The notes below the pieces were generated by a model. The model was given only the letters and a program-made list of their open reading frames with translations, ran no database searches and was not told the origin of the DNA. A stretch of DNA of 64,000 nt from positions 868,001 to 932,000 of the forward strand of contig CBFDEM010000020.1 in assembly GCA_965603825.1 (NCBI GenBank), read 5' to 3'. Origin of the DNA: Blepharisma stoltei ATCC 30299 (lineage: Eukaryota > Protista > Ciliophora). Positions 10,660 to 23,449 of this stretch are shown here, in pieces. Position 1 is the stretch's first letter, and each line of letters starts with the position of its first letter. The translations under genes were made by a program, and so were the position numbers.

Positions 10660-12747
10660 ATGTTTAAAGTAATAGCATATGGTCTTTTACTGGTCTGTTT
10701 ACTTGTCTATTGTGCTTATCAAGCTATCATAAACCGTAGCAAGATCTCGGGATTCATTGAATATGTCACTCCTCCTAAGTACTCTCCAAATAACCCAAAA
10801 GTAAGCACTGTATCGAAAAAGTATATTACCCCGAGAATTAATAATGCAACAGAAATAATTGATTTTAATAGAGATTTTCCTGTCCCATCTTTGCCTTTTC
10901 GGTTAGATGATACAGATTTGCTGAAGGCTGAAGAACTGACATGTGAGCCGGAGTCTTTTGGGTATTCTAGAGAAAAAGGGGAGCTAGTTTTTCCAGAGTA
11001 TATTTACCCAAAATGTTCTCAAGTAAACAACCAAAACGACACACGCTTAAAAATCAATGACGGATTTCTTTATATGGACTGTCCTGGAAAATTTAAAGGG
11101 AGATATGTGACTGGACCAGTCAATAGTCAGAAATTGGCAACCCAAGATGAGCTTTATGACCTTTGAGAAGTCCACGACTACAAAAAGCCTGCAAAGCTCT
11201 CTGAAAACACAGAATTTGCTATTGGTTCATGTGAAGAAAACCCTACAAAAACTTACAAAGAAGCTTACATGACCCCGAATTTCAATGAGCCAGCCTATAA
11301 AGAAGCAAAACAAAAAGTCACAGGTAAGCCAAAGATCATATTTTTGCTGACCTTGGACTCAGTATCTAGACGGCACTTTTTCAGAAAGCTTCCAAAGACA
11401 ATAGAATATTTAAACGGACTTAATAGAAAAGACGAGTATTTTGTATTTGATTTTAAGCTGCACAATATTTTAGGGGCCACGTCAGTAGGCAACCAGGTGC
11501 CGATTTTTGGTGAAAAAGAAAAATACAATGAAGATTATGGCGGAAGTAAAAATATTGATTATATAGGAGAAACTGCTTTATGAAATATATTGAGGGAGCA
11601 TGGATATATTAGCTTAATTGGCTTAGAAAATTGTGATAATTATTTTCCTAAGTCGTTAGGAAGAATTCCACATGCGGATTATGTGATAAATCCGTTTTAT
11701 TGTGCTGTTTATAAATATACAGATTATAAACTTGATATAGAATTTGCATTGAAGCAAAGATGTTTAGGAGCTTATATGACTCATTATTATGCTTTAAATT
11801 ATACTTATAACTTGGCAGGGATGAATCAAGGGGTAAATCAGTTTCTTTATCTGCATTTAAATGCTGCCCACGAAGCTACAGGGCTGCATGCAGCTACACT
11901 TGATGAGGATTTGCCTGATTATATAGAAAAATTTTTAACTTCTTATGGCAAAACTCACGATATTTCAATATTTTTAGGTGCTGACCATGGCATGCGCTAT
12001 GGAGACTGGTTTAAAGAGCTTTCCGCCTATCAAGAGCATAAGCTTCCAAGCTTATTTTTAATCACAAATAGAGAATTTTTATCAAAATTCCCAAATGCTT
12101 ATGAAGCTTTATCAATGAACACCTTAAGATTGACATCAAAGCGTGATATCAGAAAAACCCTGCTGTACATGGCAGGAATTGATGAAAACACTGAATTTGG
12201 GGTCAATTTAATGAAAGAAATCTCTCCTAAAGCCAGAACCTGCAAAGACGCAGGTATCAAACCATTAGAATGCTCCTGCTCTCAAATGCTACCAGTTGAA
12301 AACCCTGACCCTGAATTTAAGCATTTTCTAACCAGACTGCAAAACCTTGTAGAAGTAACCATAAATGCTCAGTCCTATGCAAGTCCTATACACAGTAAAG
12401 GCTCTATCTGCCAAAAAGTCTATATAAATCAAATAGAAAAAGCTTATTCTCTACAAACTTCTAATGTCGAAGAATTTATCCGCATTGAAATGTCTGTGAT
12501 TGGACACCCAAAAGTAAGGTTCCAGGCAACTATCTTTGTGAGTTCTTATTATTCTGATTTATTGACGTATTCTTCTATGAGATATAACTCAAATGCTGAG
12601 GTGTTTAGGTCTTCAAGAGTAAGAAGCAAAATTATTAATATTTCGAGGCTTGATAAATATGCAGGAAAATGCGAACTTATTGCAATTAATGCGGGGCTTA
12701 GAGCGGATACTTGTTTATGTACTGATGAAGTATTAGAAAATAGTTAA
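10660..12747 (+). CDS. DUF229-family (alkaline phosphatase/sulfatase-like) type II membrane protein (695 aa)
   Basis: Three same-frame ORFs joined by TGA at 11164 and 11581. Motifs LTLDSVSRRHFFRKLPKT, GADHGMRYG, EHKLP, N..RLTS..D, RTCKDAGI...C.C; N-terminal TM anchor. Confidence 0.82.
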
Positions 12748-13975
12748 TTAATATCGATATCTATAATTATACTGTGTTGAATAATCCCAAGTGGGAGATG
12801 ATAATTCTGACCTGGAATTATAAGTAAATTCATCCTCATATCGCTGCGAACTTGTAGGAGATGTCTGTGGAGAGCTAAATAATTTTTTAGCTGTAATCAG
12901 CCGATGAGCTTGGCCATGGTCTCCATAAATTGCTTTGAATTTGTCAGTGGTTGAGTAGTCGAAGTCAAAGGTGAATTTTCTTTTGTAATCTTCATGATTT
13001 TTGTTGATTCTTAAATCATAATCAACTAAAAATTGCTGCTGAGGTCCTAATACACTTCCAGGTCTGCAAATTCTGCACCATCCTATGAAATCTTCAGCAG
13101 GGAAACTATAATTTTTTATAGCATAGCAGCCTATCAATGTCCCAGTTCTTCCTAAGCCTGCTTTGCAATGCACAGCAACTGCGCCAACTTCATAGTCCAC
13201 AATTTGGTTAAAATTCTCCACAATTTCATCTATGGGACAGCTTCCATCTAAAAAAAATAATTCATAATGGTTAATCCCATACCTAATAAACCTCCCTTCG
13301 TCATATGTCTTCTCATTAAGCCTTATTACAGCTGAAATTCCTATTCTCTTAAATAAGTTCACATAATCCTCTGGCGACCAATTTCCTGTCTCATAATTAT
13401 TCGAAGGGCAACTAAATGCCAATAATTTCCCTGGAATAATTCAGTTTAGGTCTCCGTTTTCTATTTTTTCATGATATTCCACAAACTCTCTGTCAAAATT
13501 GTAATAATCAAACCAATTTAATTGAATTGCTTTTTCAAGACCCCGCAAGCAGTGCAAAATTGTGCAATCATAATAGCAGGGTCCGAACAAAGCGTCACGA
13601 AATGGGACAAAAGGAGATTGTAAAGCAAAGCGACGCCAAGCTTCATTCGCAGATTTTTTTAAAACGATTACTTGGAATGCAGAGATTAAAAACGCTGCAT
13701 TTGCTCTTTTCGCTTGATTTGTGGAACAGTAGTGAAAAATTTGAAGATTTTGATAGCGAGAGTCACAGAGAAGTTTCTCCAAGTTTGAGCAGTACCGATG
13801 AATCATAGAGAGATTTAATGGGCCAAAATCTTGGCAAAATGCGATATATTGAAGTTCCTGAGTTGTAAATTACATCGTCAATGCTGAAACAACAGGTATA
13901 ATCGTCAGAAGGCGGAGGTGCGTAATCACAAATTCAAAAAAGACGGTTTGGGATTATCTCCACTATAGAGCTCAT
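12748..13975 (-). CDS. CDC14: Cdc14 dual-specificity protein phosphatase (403 aa; 16-nt intron 13858-13873; TGA=Trp)
   Basis: Spliced FSIDD|ELQYIAFCQDFGPLNL, KRANAAFLI, ENGDLNW(TGA)IIPGK, catalytic VHCKAGLGRTG, RICRPGSVLGPQQ. Confidence 0.95.
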
Positions 13976-15992
13976 AGGAATTAAATTATATTCAATAAAT
14001 TTTAAATATGATAAGACATTTAAACGCTATTTGATAGCTTTATAGCCCTAGCAGCATATTTGAGAGACTCTAGTAATTTTAAGCCTTGAATATATTAAAA
14101 TAAATTGCTAACTTCTTCCTCTGTGTGTAAGGAAAAAAGCTTTGCTGATAAATTTTTTTCTGGAGTTTGATGCTGGAGTAAAAGCAGAAGATGTCATTGC
14201 CAAAATATAAAACATGTCTAACTCAAAATTTTGATATAGTTTTAGTTGAGAAAATCCTATATTTGATAGAGATATGGCAATTAGTTCCAAAAAATAGCCT
14301 TATTGATTCTTTGCCATATAGCCTACATCATTCTGAACTAAAAGATGACTCAAATAGCATAGATTAATTGATAAACTCTTATCGAAATCAAAAATAAAAA
14401 TAATAAAACTAAATGAAAGAATTTTTAGCTGTTTTATAACAAATAGAAAGCTTTCCATATGTAAGATATTTTTTTGCACATGTCAAACTTGCTAATTGGC
14501 TTGCTTTTAAATTTTAAAAAGTTTTGAGCAGGTGGAGTAGAATTCCACACGCGTAAGGCAGCAAGAAATTACAGCAATGCATTATCAGTTTTATGCAAGA
14601 AATTGAATAAAGAAAAGCATATTCTTTCAATTAGATTATTTAGCTTACATAAGCAAAAGCTTAATTTATTAATTATAATTTTATTAAACACTCTTAATTA
14701 TTTATTAAATAGATCAATAGATAATCTTTTATTAAATTTATATATATTGTTGGGACTTCAAAGGATTAGATAATTCTTCATTTTAAGATATTATTTGAAA
14801 TTTCCTTATTCAAAATGGTTTTTATTATATACAATTGCCTTAAGCGAAATAGCTATCTAAAGAAAATATATTTTCAACCTATATGATAATGATGATTTTT
14901 CAGCATTCGCTTTTTTCCTTTAAAAATCGCGAAAACAAGTTTTACAGCAATAATTCCCTATAAATCTTATTTACCAAATCAATATTGAATTCCAAAATAG
15001 TGCTCTTATGTGTAAGAGCTTAATAATCATATATTCTCAATAAACAAATTTTTATTAAAATTCTGTCAAGTTTATCATTCTTATTTTATGCCATTTATTA
15101 TCTCACTAAAATATTAATCGAATAGATTTATTAATATTTATTTAAGAAATTTAGTTTAAAACAATTGCGAAATTCTATTAGATTGTTCTCAAAAATATTA
15201 CTTCCAGATGTGATAGTTGAAAAATTTTATCTAGCAAAATTAATGATATTGAATGCCACACTGTAAGATGCTAGAATTATATTGGCTAGAAATTTTTCCT
15301 TAATAGAATTAATTAAATTATTTCCTTTTAGAAGTAAAAATTATAAATTTTTTGGTTAATTATTAAAAGCTGTTTCGGCCTGAGGCTTTTAAGAATATTG
15401 CTTAATCAACTACTTAATTCGATTTAAAATTGATTAATTATAAGTCCCTGTAAAAATTTCTGATTTTCTGACAGAAATTAGTTGCAAGTTAACTGAAAAA
15501 TTTTTCTAACCATCTTAATTAAATATCATCTATTACAAAATTCCTTAAGCAATAAGATTAATCCTTTAGCTCTATAAGAAATTCGATTTTTCTTTTTAAT
15601 AATTATTAAAGTATGCGGTTTTTTTTAAGAGTTCAAACACAATGAACTTAAATATTTTTAAAATCTTGCAGTTAAAATTAAATATAAGACTCTAATCACC
15701 AAACTGAAATATTATTTATTTTTAAGAATTGGCGATGAAAATCTTTCAGTTTGCCTATTTTCAAAAACTCTAAGCCAACTTCTTATCTTCTATTCAATTT
15801 TTTTCTACATCTCGACCTCAATAAAAATAACTTCCTCCTAAGAATTGTTTATTAAACTCTCAATAGCTTTTGAATTTCTTCATCTTTAGTCAAATTCTTA
15901 TTTCTTCTTCTTAATCCATATTTAACTTCTTTAGCTAATCCAAACGTAAATGTGTGATCATCGATCAATAATTCGAATTTATTATAAAAATA

Positions 15993-18556
15993 ATGTTTGG
16001 TTTGCTTTGTTTAACATTGCTCTCAACCGTATTAGGCCACCAATGTGGTGTAGGCGAGGATTGGCAGCCTACAATTCATAAATATCCTCATTCAGGCCGC
16101 CAGCTGGAAACAGGCCTAGACCGTGGTGCAGACCTAAAGCCACTTCGTCTCCACTTTGAGTATTTGGACCTTAACATGGACTCATCACAAGAAACTATCC
16201 TCAAGGATCAAGTAATGCCAGCAGTTATGCACTGGTTTAACACTACCCTTAAGGTTTATCCTTTAACAGCAAACTTAGTAGTCTCAATCTCAGAATGTAA
16301 TGGCGCATCTGTACCTGCTGATCACCAATCGACAGGAATTCCCGACACTGATTTCGTTGTCTATATTACTGGATCAGCTCAAGGATCTGCAGCTGAAGTA
16401 GCTGTTGGTGGAACTTGTTTGCAAGACTCTGCAGGCAGAAAAAACCCACTCGCAGGGTCTTTTGCAATCAATACAGACGCCTTCTTTTCTAGTGATACAA
16501 CTTTGGCACAACAAATTATCATTTCTATGCATGAGCTTACCCACGCTTTGGTCTTTTCCTCTGACCTTTTTAGCGATTTTACAGACTCAAATGGAGACGC
16601 TTATGCAAGTGATGGAGTTGTAAAGACCGTTACCCTATCAGATAGGTCAAAAACTGCGACCATAGTAACTCTGCCTAATGTTTTATCAGAAGCTGCGGCA
16701 TTCTTTTCATGTAACGAACTTGAAGGACTAGAGCTAGAAGACTACGGCGGGACTGGGGTTGCAGGAAACCATTGGGAAGCTAAAATTGTCAGAGAAGATT
16801 ACATGACAGCAGAAATCCCTGAGCATCCAGCTTTATCTGCTTTAACTTTAGCTCTATTTGGAGACTCAGGCTGGTATTCTGTTGATACCAGCAGAGCTCA
16901 GCCTATGATTTGGGGTAAAGACGAAGGCTGTGACTGGGTCAATAAGAAATGTATTGTTGATGGCACTCCCTCAGACGGCTTCTGTATAGACGATACTAAT
17001 GATGATTGCGATTTCTATTCTCTAGGTAAAGGTAAATGCAATCTTAAAGAATATGACGCTGATCTTGATACACCTTATCAGTACTTTTCGGATCTGAAGA
17101 AAGGAGGAAGTGACGCATACTCAGACTACTGTCCAACAGTGAAGGCTGACAAGACTAAAATTTGCACTGACCCAAACACTAGTGTTGATAGTAACTATGG
17201 AGAAGTTGCAGGATCTAGCAGCAGATGCATGAAGTCAAGCATTGTTAGTAGCAGTCTTGGTGAAAGCCCTACAGATGCTCCAAGATGCTATGAGGTAAAA
17301 TGTGAGTCTGACAAACTATATGTAATTATTGATGGCACTAGTTATGAATGCGCATATGGCAATACTTTAACGGTTTCTAATTATGATGGCTCCATAACCT
17401 GCCCACAAGTAGAGACTGTGTGTGGAAGAACTCCTTGTCCTGATTTCTGCTTTGGCCAAGGTACCTGCTCAAAAGGTGTTTGTACTTGCGATGATGGGTT
17501 CGCAGGCACAAGCTGTAGTGTCAAATGCGATTCCAAGTGCAAAACTTGTGATGAGTCTGCAACTAGCACTTGTCTTTCCTGTTATGATACAGCTGAGGTG
17601 CAAGATGGCACATGCGTCTGTCCAAGTGGGTATGAATTCGACGCAGTAAATAAAGTGTGCAAAGAAGAATCAACCCCTATAACTGGATGTGCAGATAGTT
17701 GCAATGGATGCGCCACCGAAACGACTTGCGAAGCTTGCTATGAGGGCGCTTCATTAGACACAGAAGGCAATTGCAAATGTGATAATAGTGACAAGACCTT
17801 TAACCCTGACACCAAGAAGTGTGAGTTTACTTGTGATGCAATGTGCAATGGCTGTGTCTCAAATACAGAGTGTGATAGTTGTTATGATACAGCAACTAAA
17901 AATACTGAAGGATTGTGCGAGTGTCCTTCTAAAACTGTTTGGAACTCAGGGGAAATGAAATGTGATTCATGCGCTGCTAACTGCACTGACTGCTCTGCAG
18001 CTAATGTCTGCACCACATGTTCTGATGCTAACGCTGGACCTGTCGAAGGAATATGCAGATGCAATTCAAGGTTCTATTTAAAGGATACCACCTGTGAAGG
18101 TAATTTTTTACATAGCTTGTGGAGATAATGCAAAAGAATGTGACGCTAATGGAGCAATTTCATGTGACGACAACTATTTCTTATATAATGATGGAACTAC
18201 CAAAACTTGTAAATGTAAGAGTTAATTTAGCTTGCTCTGCATCTTGCAATAGCTGCACTTCAGATCCTGAGTGCTATCAATGTGGAGCTCAAGGAACCAC
18301 AAGTGGGTCGACTTGTGCAGATGTCTCAGTTGGGTATAAATCAAAATTCAGCAATGGAATTTTGACGATTACTTTTGCAGAAGACTTGTCAAAGACTTTA
18401 ACGAAGAAAAATTTCCAGATCTCTACTAGTGGTTCGACAATTGATACATCGTCATGGACTTTGACAAAGGTGTCAGATAAGGAATATACCATAGAGACAA
18501 ATTTGAAGAAGAGTGACTTGCCGATTTCAGTCGTGCTTGATTTCAATCAAGAATAA
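15993..18556 (+). CDS. Leishmanolysin/GP63 (M8) metalloprotease 1 with Cys-rich repeats and C-terminal beta-rich domain (~843 aa; introns 18100-18115 and 18215-18230)
   Basis: Signal peptide, HQCG pro-region, HELTH, ELEDYGG.G..GNHWE, DYMT, LTLALFGDSGWY. Two 16-nt GT-AG introns restore the Cys periodicity and link to the 18119..18556 frame. Confidence 0.9.
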
Positions 18557-19536
18557 GTTATAAGTAACCAGATTAGAAAAATAGTTTTAATTATGAAAAA
18601 TGGAATTTGGACGGTAAATAATTCATTTATTGCTGCAAGAGGAAGATAAAAATTTTAGTAAGATTTTATTTATTTTATTTGGAGTTTAATTTATGGTATA
18701 AAGTGATTGCACTTATGAGTGGTATAAATTTATTTTTAATTTCTTGGCAATTTTAATAAAGGAATTCATTGCTTTTAACTAATTAATATCGATTTTTAGA
18801 TCATTGTAGTTTTCAACTTTGCATTAATAATTTTCACTAATTAATCAACATTTTTGTATAAAGAAAATCTAATCATATTTAATTTTTGTGTGGAATATTT
18901 CATCAAATATTTTCTTAAATGATAAAAATTAAAATAATTAGTTGAATTAAGTTAAATTATATATAATAAAAGCTCATTTTGATGCTTATTCACTATGAAA
19001 TTGATATTAATTCTAAAAGAAGAATAGTAAAATAAAGTAGTAAATAACCTAAAACACTTAAAATTATTCAAGGATAAAACGATTGTTCCGTTATAAAAAT
19101 AAATAAAACTGAGCAAACTTGAAAATCATCAAGCTATTTAAATCCAAAATACTTAAACGCATTTTCAGCAATTTTATCCTTAAATTATTATAATTTTTAG
19201 TGTCCTGAGTCTAAATTCCTAAATGACTTTTATCTTCAGTGTTTTCCAATGAAATTGTATCTTATACATTTTATAAGAATTTATAGAATTATTATCCATA
19301 TTACAAAATTTCAATATGGAGGCATAAAATATACGATGGCATTAATGATAGATATTTAAGACTCTTTTTACTATGCCCATACACAGTGGCGTGTTTAGGA
19401 ATGCATCTGAGTCATAATACTCCGAAAGGCCTGCACAGGAAAAATAAGACACCTGCGCAAATAGTCTCCAGGCATTTTTTTAATCGCTAAATAAGAGATA
19501 ATTTTTCAATAATTTTCATTGAGCTATAATATAAAA

Positions 19537-22474
19537 ATGTTTCTCGTGCTGCTTTTGAGCTTCATTTCTTACTCATTTCAGCATGAATGTGGTGTAGGCC
19601 CAGACTGGCAGCCAGACCTTAAGCAATATCCTCATGAAGGCCGCAGCTTAGAATCGGGCTTAAACCGTGACACGCACTTTAAACCTCTCCGCATCCATTT
19701 TGAGTACTCTGCCCTTACCTTGACTGAAGACCAACTATCAATTCTCCAAAATGAAATTATTCCTCCAGTGCAACATTGGTTTCAATCTGTCCTCAGCGTC
19801 AACCCTCTTATAAATAATCTAATTAATCCTTTTGACACCTGCAATGGCCTCCCAGTTCCCTCTCTTCACAAAACTAAAGGAATTTCAGATACAGATTTTA
19901 TTATTTATTTAAACAATGAAGACAGCCCTTTTAGCAATTTTATTGCATATGCAGCACCGTGCCTAATAGAATCAAGGGGTAGATTTAACGTATTAGCTGG
20001 ATCATTTACAATAAATGTCTACTATTTTTACAACATGCCAAGATACCAACAAATTGGTGTAGCTATCCATGAACTAACCCATGATTTGGCCTTTTCACCT
20101 TCGCTTTATAATTGGTTTGTAAAACCAGATGGCAGCCGTTATAAACAAGAAGAAATTTTTAAAACGGTTTATTACCCGCACAGAGGCAAGTCCTCAACAT
20201 TATTAATTTTGCCGACTGTGGCAGAAAAGGCTAGAGAAATATATGGCTGTGAAACTGTCGAAGGGTTAGAGCTTGAAGATTACGGAAGTAGCTCTGCAGG
20301 TGCACATTGGGAAATGAAGATTGTAATAGAAGACTACATGGTTTCTGTTTTCCCTGATTTCCCTTCTTATTCCAACTTAACTTTAGCTCTATTCCAAGAC
20401 TCTGGCTGGTATAAAGTAGATTTCAGCTATGCACAACCTATTACTATAGGAAAAAATGAAGGCTGCGAAAGATTTGAAGAAAAATGCATTACTGGTAGCA
20501 TAGTCCAGGCTGGGTTTTGCACTAAAACTAATACTTGTGACTATACCAGGACTACCCCAACTAGGTGTGATCTATATAATTATTATGAAGGCATCCCTTC
20601 AAATTATCAATATTTTCAAGACCCAATATATGGAGGAGGAAGGTATTCTGACTATTGCCCATTAATGTATTCTAATCAGAAGAGATGTAGAGATAACAAT
20701 GAAAATTATGATACATCTTATGGGTGGAAATATGGGTATTCTAGCAGATGTTTTGAGTCTTCTCTAGTGCTAGAATCAGCTGGGCAATCACCTGTTTTTG
20801 CGCCTTCGTGCTATGAGGTAATACGCTGCGAAGAAGATAAAGTTGTGGTTGGGATTGGAGATCAAAATATAGATTGTCCGTTTAGTGGAGGAGCGGTGAC
20901 AGTCCCTGGGTACGATGGATATCTTCATTGCCCAGATTCAAGTATTTGTGACGAAATAGTCCCTTGCTTGAATAGTTGTTATGGGCAAGGAAAATGTGAC
21001 AATGGGGTTTGTAGATGCGATGAAGGGTTTGGAGGAAAGGACTGCAGTATTGTTTGTGTGGGAAATTGCAAATCTTGTAATGATTTGTCTTCATGCACGT
21101 CTTGCTATTCTATTGCTACACTAGAAAATGGAGTGTGTTATTGTCCTGATGGGGCAACTTGGGATGATACTCAAAAAGTATGCATGCCAGGGACAATAAT
21201 TGGTTGTCCTAAAGAATGCAATGGCTGTGCTGATGAAACTACATGTGCGGCCTGCTATGGGTCTATGACTTTAAACGATAAAAACCTTTGTGAATGTCCA
21301 AGTGGGACATCTTTTAACGTGAATTCTAATACTTGTGAAACTATTATAGGGTGCTCTGACTCCTGCAATGGATGTGACACTCCTCAAGCTTGCTTATCTT
21401 GCTATGATACAGCTACCTTACAAAATGGTGACTGTATTTGCCCAGATGGCCATTACTTTAACCCAGAAACCAAAACTTGTGACATTTATATAACTGATGG
21501 CTGCAGCTTAGGCTGCCAAGCCTGCCAATATTCAGGTGAATGCGCCAAATGTACTGACGAAAATGCTATAATTCTCTATAATAAATGCTTCTGCAAAAAA
21601 GGATATTATGAAGATGAGTCATTAGGGTCAGCTAATTGCCACAGTAATTTCTATATAGAATGCAACGATGACTGTACATCATGCACTTCCTTAGAATCCT
21701 GCACCAGTTGTGATGATCCTCTAATGACGCCTAAAGCTGATGGCTCCTGTATATGCCCAGACGGCTATTATGGCTTAACCTTATATGGCTTTACAAGTTG
21801 CTATAGTAATTTTTACATAGAATGTGTCAGCGGCTGTAAAATTTGTGACAGTGAATATAACTGTTTAGAATGCACCGACCCTAATGGGGAAAATTATGAC
21901 AGCTATTGTGGCTGCAAAATTGGATATTTTAATGGATGGGATCAAGACGGAGATAGAATTTGTTTACGTAAAGGATTATTTAGCTTGCGCTGATAGATGT
22001 GAAAGCTGCTATAGTCTGTATTATTGCGAAATGTGCAAGGCAGGATATATAATGGACGCGATGGGCTATTGTCGCTGTGAGACAGGGTTTTATGATTTTT
22101 TTGATGGAGAAAATACAGTTTGCAAAGGTAAAAAATATTTAGCTTGTGATAATAATTGTGATAGTTCTTGTGGGGGCAGTGAAGATTGCTATAAATGTGC
22201 GGATACCGCTATTAATTACAGCCAGCAGTGCAAAGAAATTAATTTTGGTTATAAGACAGCCTTTAAGGAAGGAATAATTACAATCTTTTTTGCTTCTGAT
22301 ATTAGCTATTATTTGACTAAGAAGAATTTCAAGGTAAATTCTAATGACGGAAGAACTTTTGATACAGAAAGTTGGTGGGTAGAGCGTTATAACTTGAAAA
22401 CTTATAAAATCCATACAGACTTGGCAAGAAGTGATTTGCCAGTAAGCGTTGTTCTTGATTTTAATCGTGGATAA
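19537..22474 (+). CDS. Leishmanolysin/GP63 (M8) metalloprotease 2 (~958 aa; introns 21644-21658, 21806-21820, 21968-21983, 22128-22142)
   Basis: [20 protein letters not shown]; EGF/furin-like Cys repeats. The 16-nt intron is needed for frame; the three 15-nt introns are inferred from consensus and from the paralog at 23450. Confidence 0.9.
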
Positions 22475-23449
22475 ATTAGTTTATTTATAAATTCTTTTTA
22501 AAGTCATTAAAAAATAAAATTATGGGTCATTGACTCTTTAAATCTAATTTATGGAGAAGTTAAATGAAAACCATATCAATGCAAATTTTTAAAAACTTAT
22601 ATTAAAATTTTGCATTCAAATATATATTACTTTTAAAGATTTTGGCTCTATTGCTCTATATAAAGTTCTTATTAAGATTAAATTTAGGGTGAGGGGTAGC
22701 GGCCATTATTTCAGGGTACCTCCACCGAAGGCCAGCTTTAAATTTGTGAGCCTTAACACTAACTCCACCTAACATCATTTTTCAATTAGTTGGCTGATTT
22801 ATATTGTGAGACTAAATATTGTTTTAATTTGAAGAGTAATGCTAGATAGCACAAACCTTCCGACTTCAGGGGCAGTGGATAACCTCTCATGGAGGTCCAA
22901 CAAAGTGTAAGACCCTATGGAGACTAGTAAGCAAAGCATATCAAAGGGAATAAGGCCCTTCAGGTATCTATTCTGGACTATTCAATAATCATAAATAGAG
23001 ATGACTAAAATTTTTCGTAAATTAAATCTACAAGCTACAAATGAAAATAATTTTATTATTTCGCAAGAGCCGAACTTATAATAACTAAAATGAAACTTCC
23101 TTTAATATTTATAAAAACAACTACAAAGAAATCATGAGACATTGAAATATTAGCATCAAGCTTTATTTTATCTTAAAAATTTGTTCAGATTTATTGTAAA
23201 GATTTTGCCATTTGTCTCGATAAGAAATCCAGTAAATAAGGTCATCTCCATAATTAAAAGTTATATACTTAAACTTATCAGTTGGTATAGCATCTCACCT
23301 CATGATTTTTCAAAATTTTCAATAATTTTCGATATAGATAATTTTTTGTATAATTTTTAAAAAATCATAGAACAATTGAAAGTCTATCACTATCAAAATG
23401 GATATTGAATCGATATTTATTCAAAAAAATTTATTGGATTATAATAAAT

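Noticed and set aside
14050-14630. Hydrophobic minus-strand ORF fragments (14108..14290 and upstream)
   Set aside because: Multiple TAA/TAG stops and no recognisable family; possibly a relic but unsupported.
19373-19481. 5S rRNA, hammerhead ribozyme or telomerase RNA identity
   Set aside because: GCCCATAC and ACTCCGAA recall 5S, but the spacing and 3' half do not fit. The hammerhead core CUGAnGA is absent and there is no exact CCCTAACA template.
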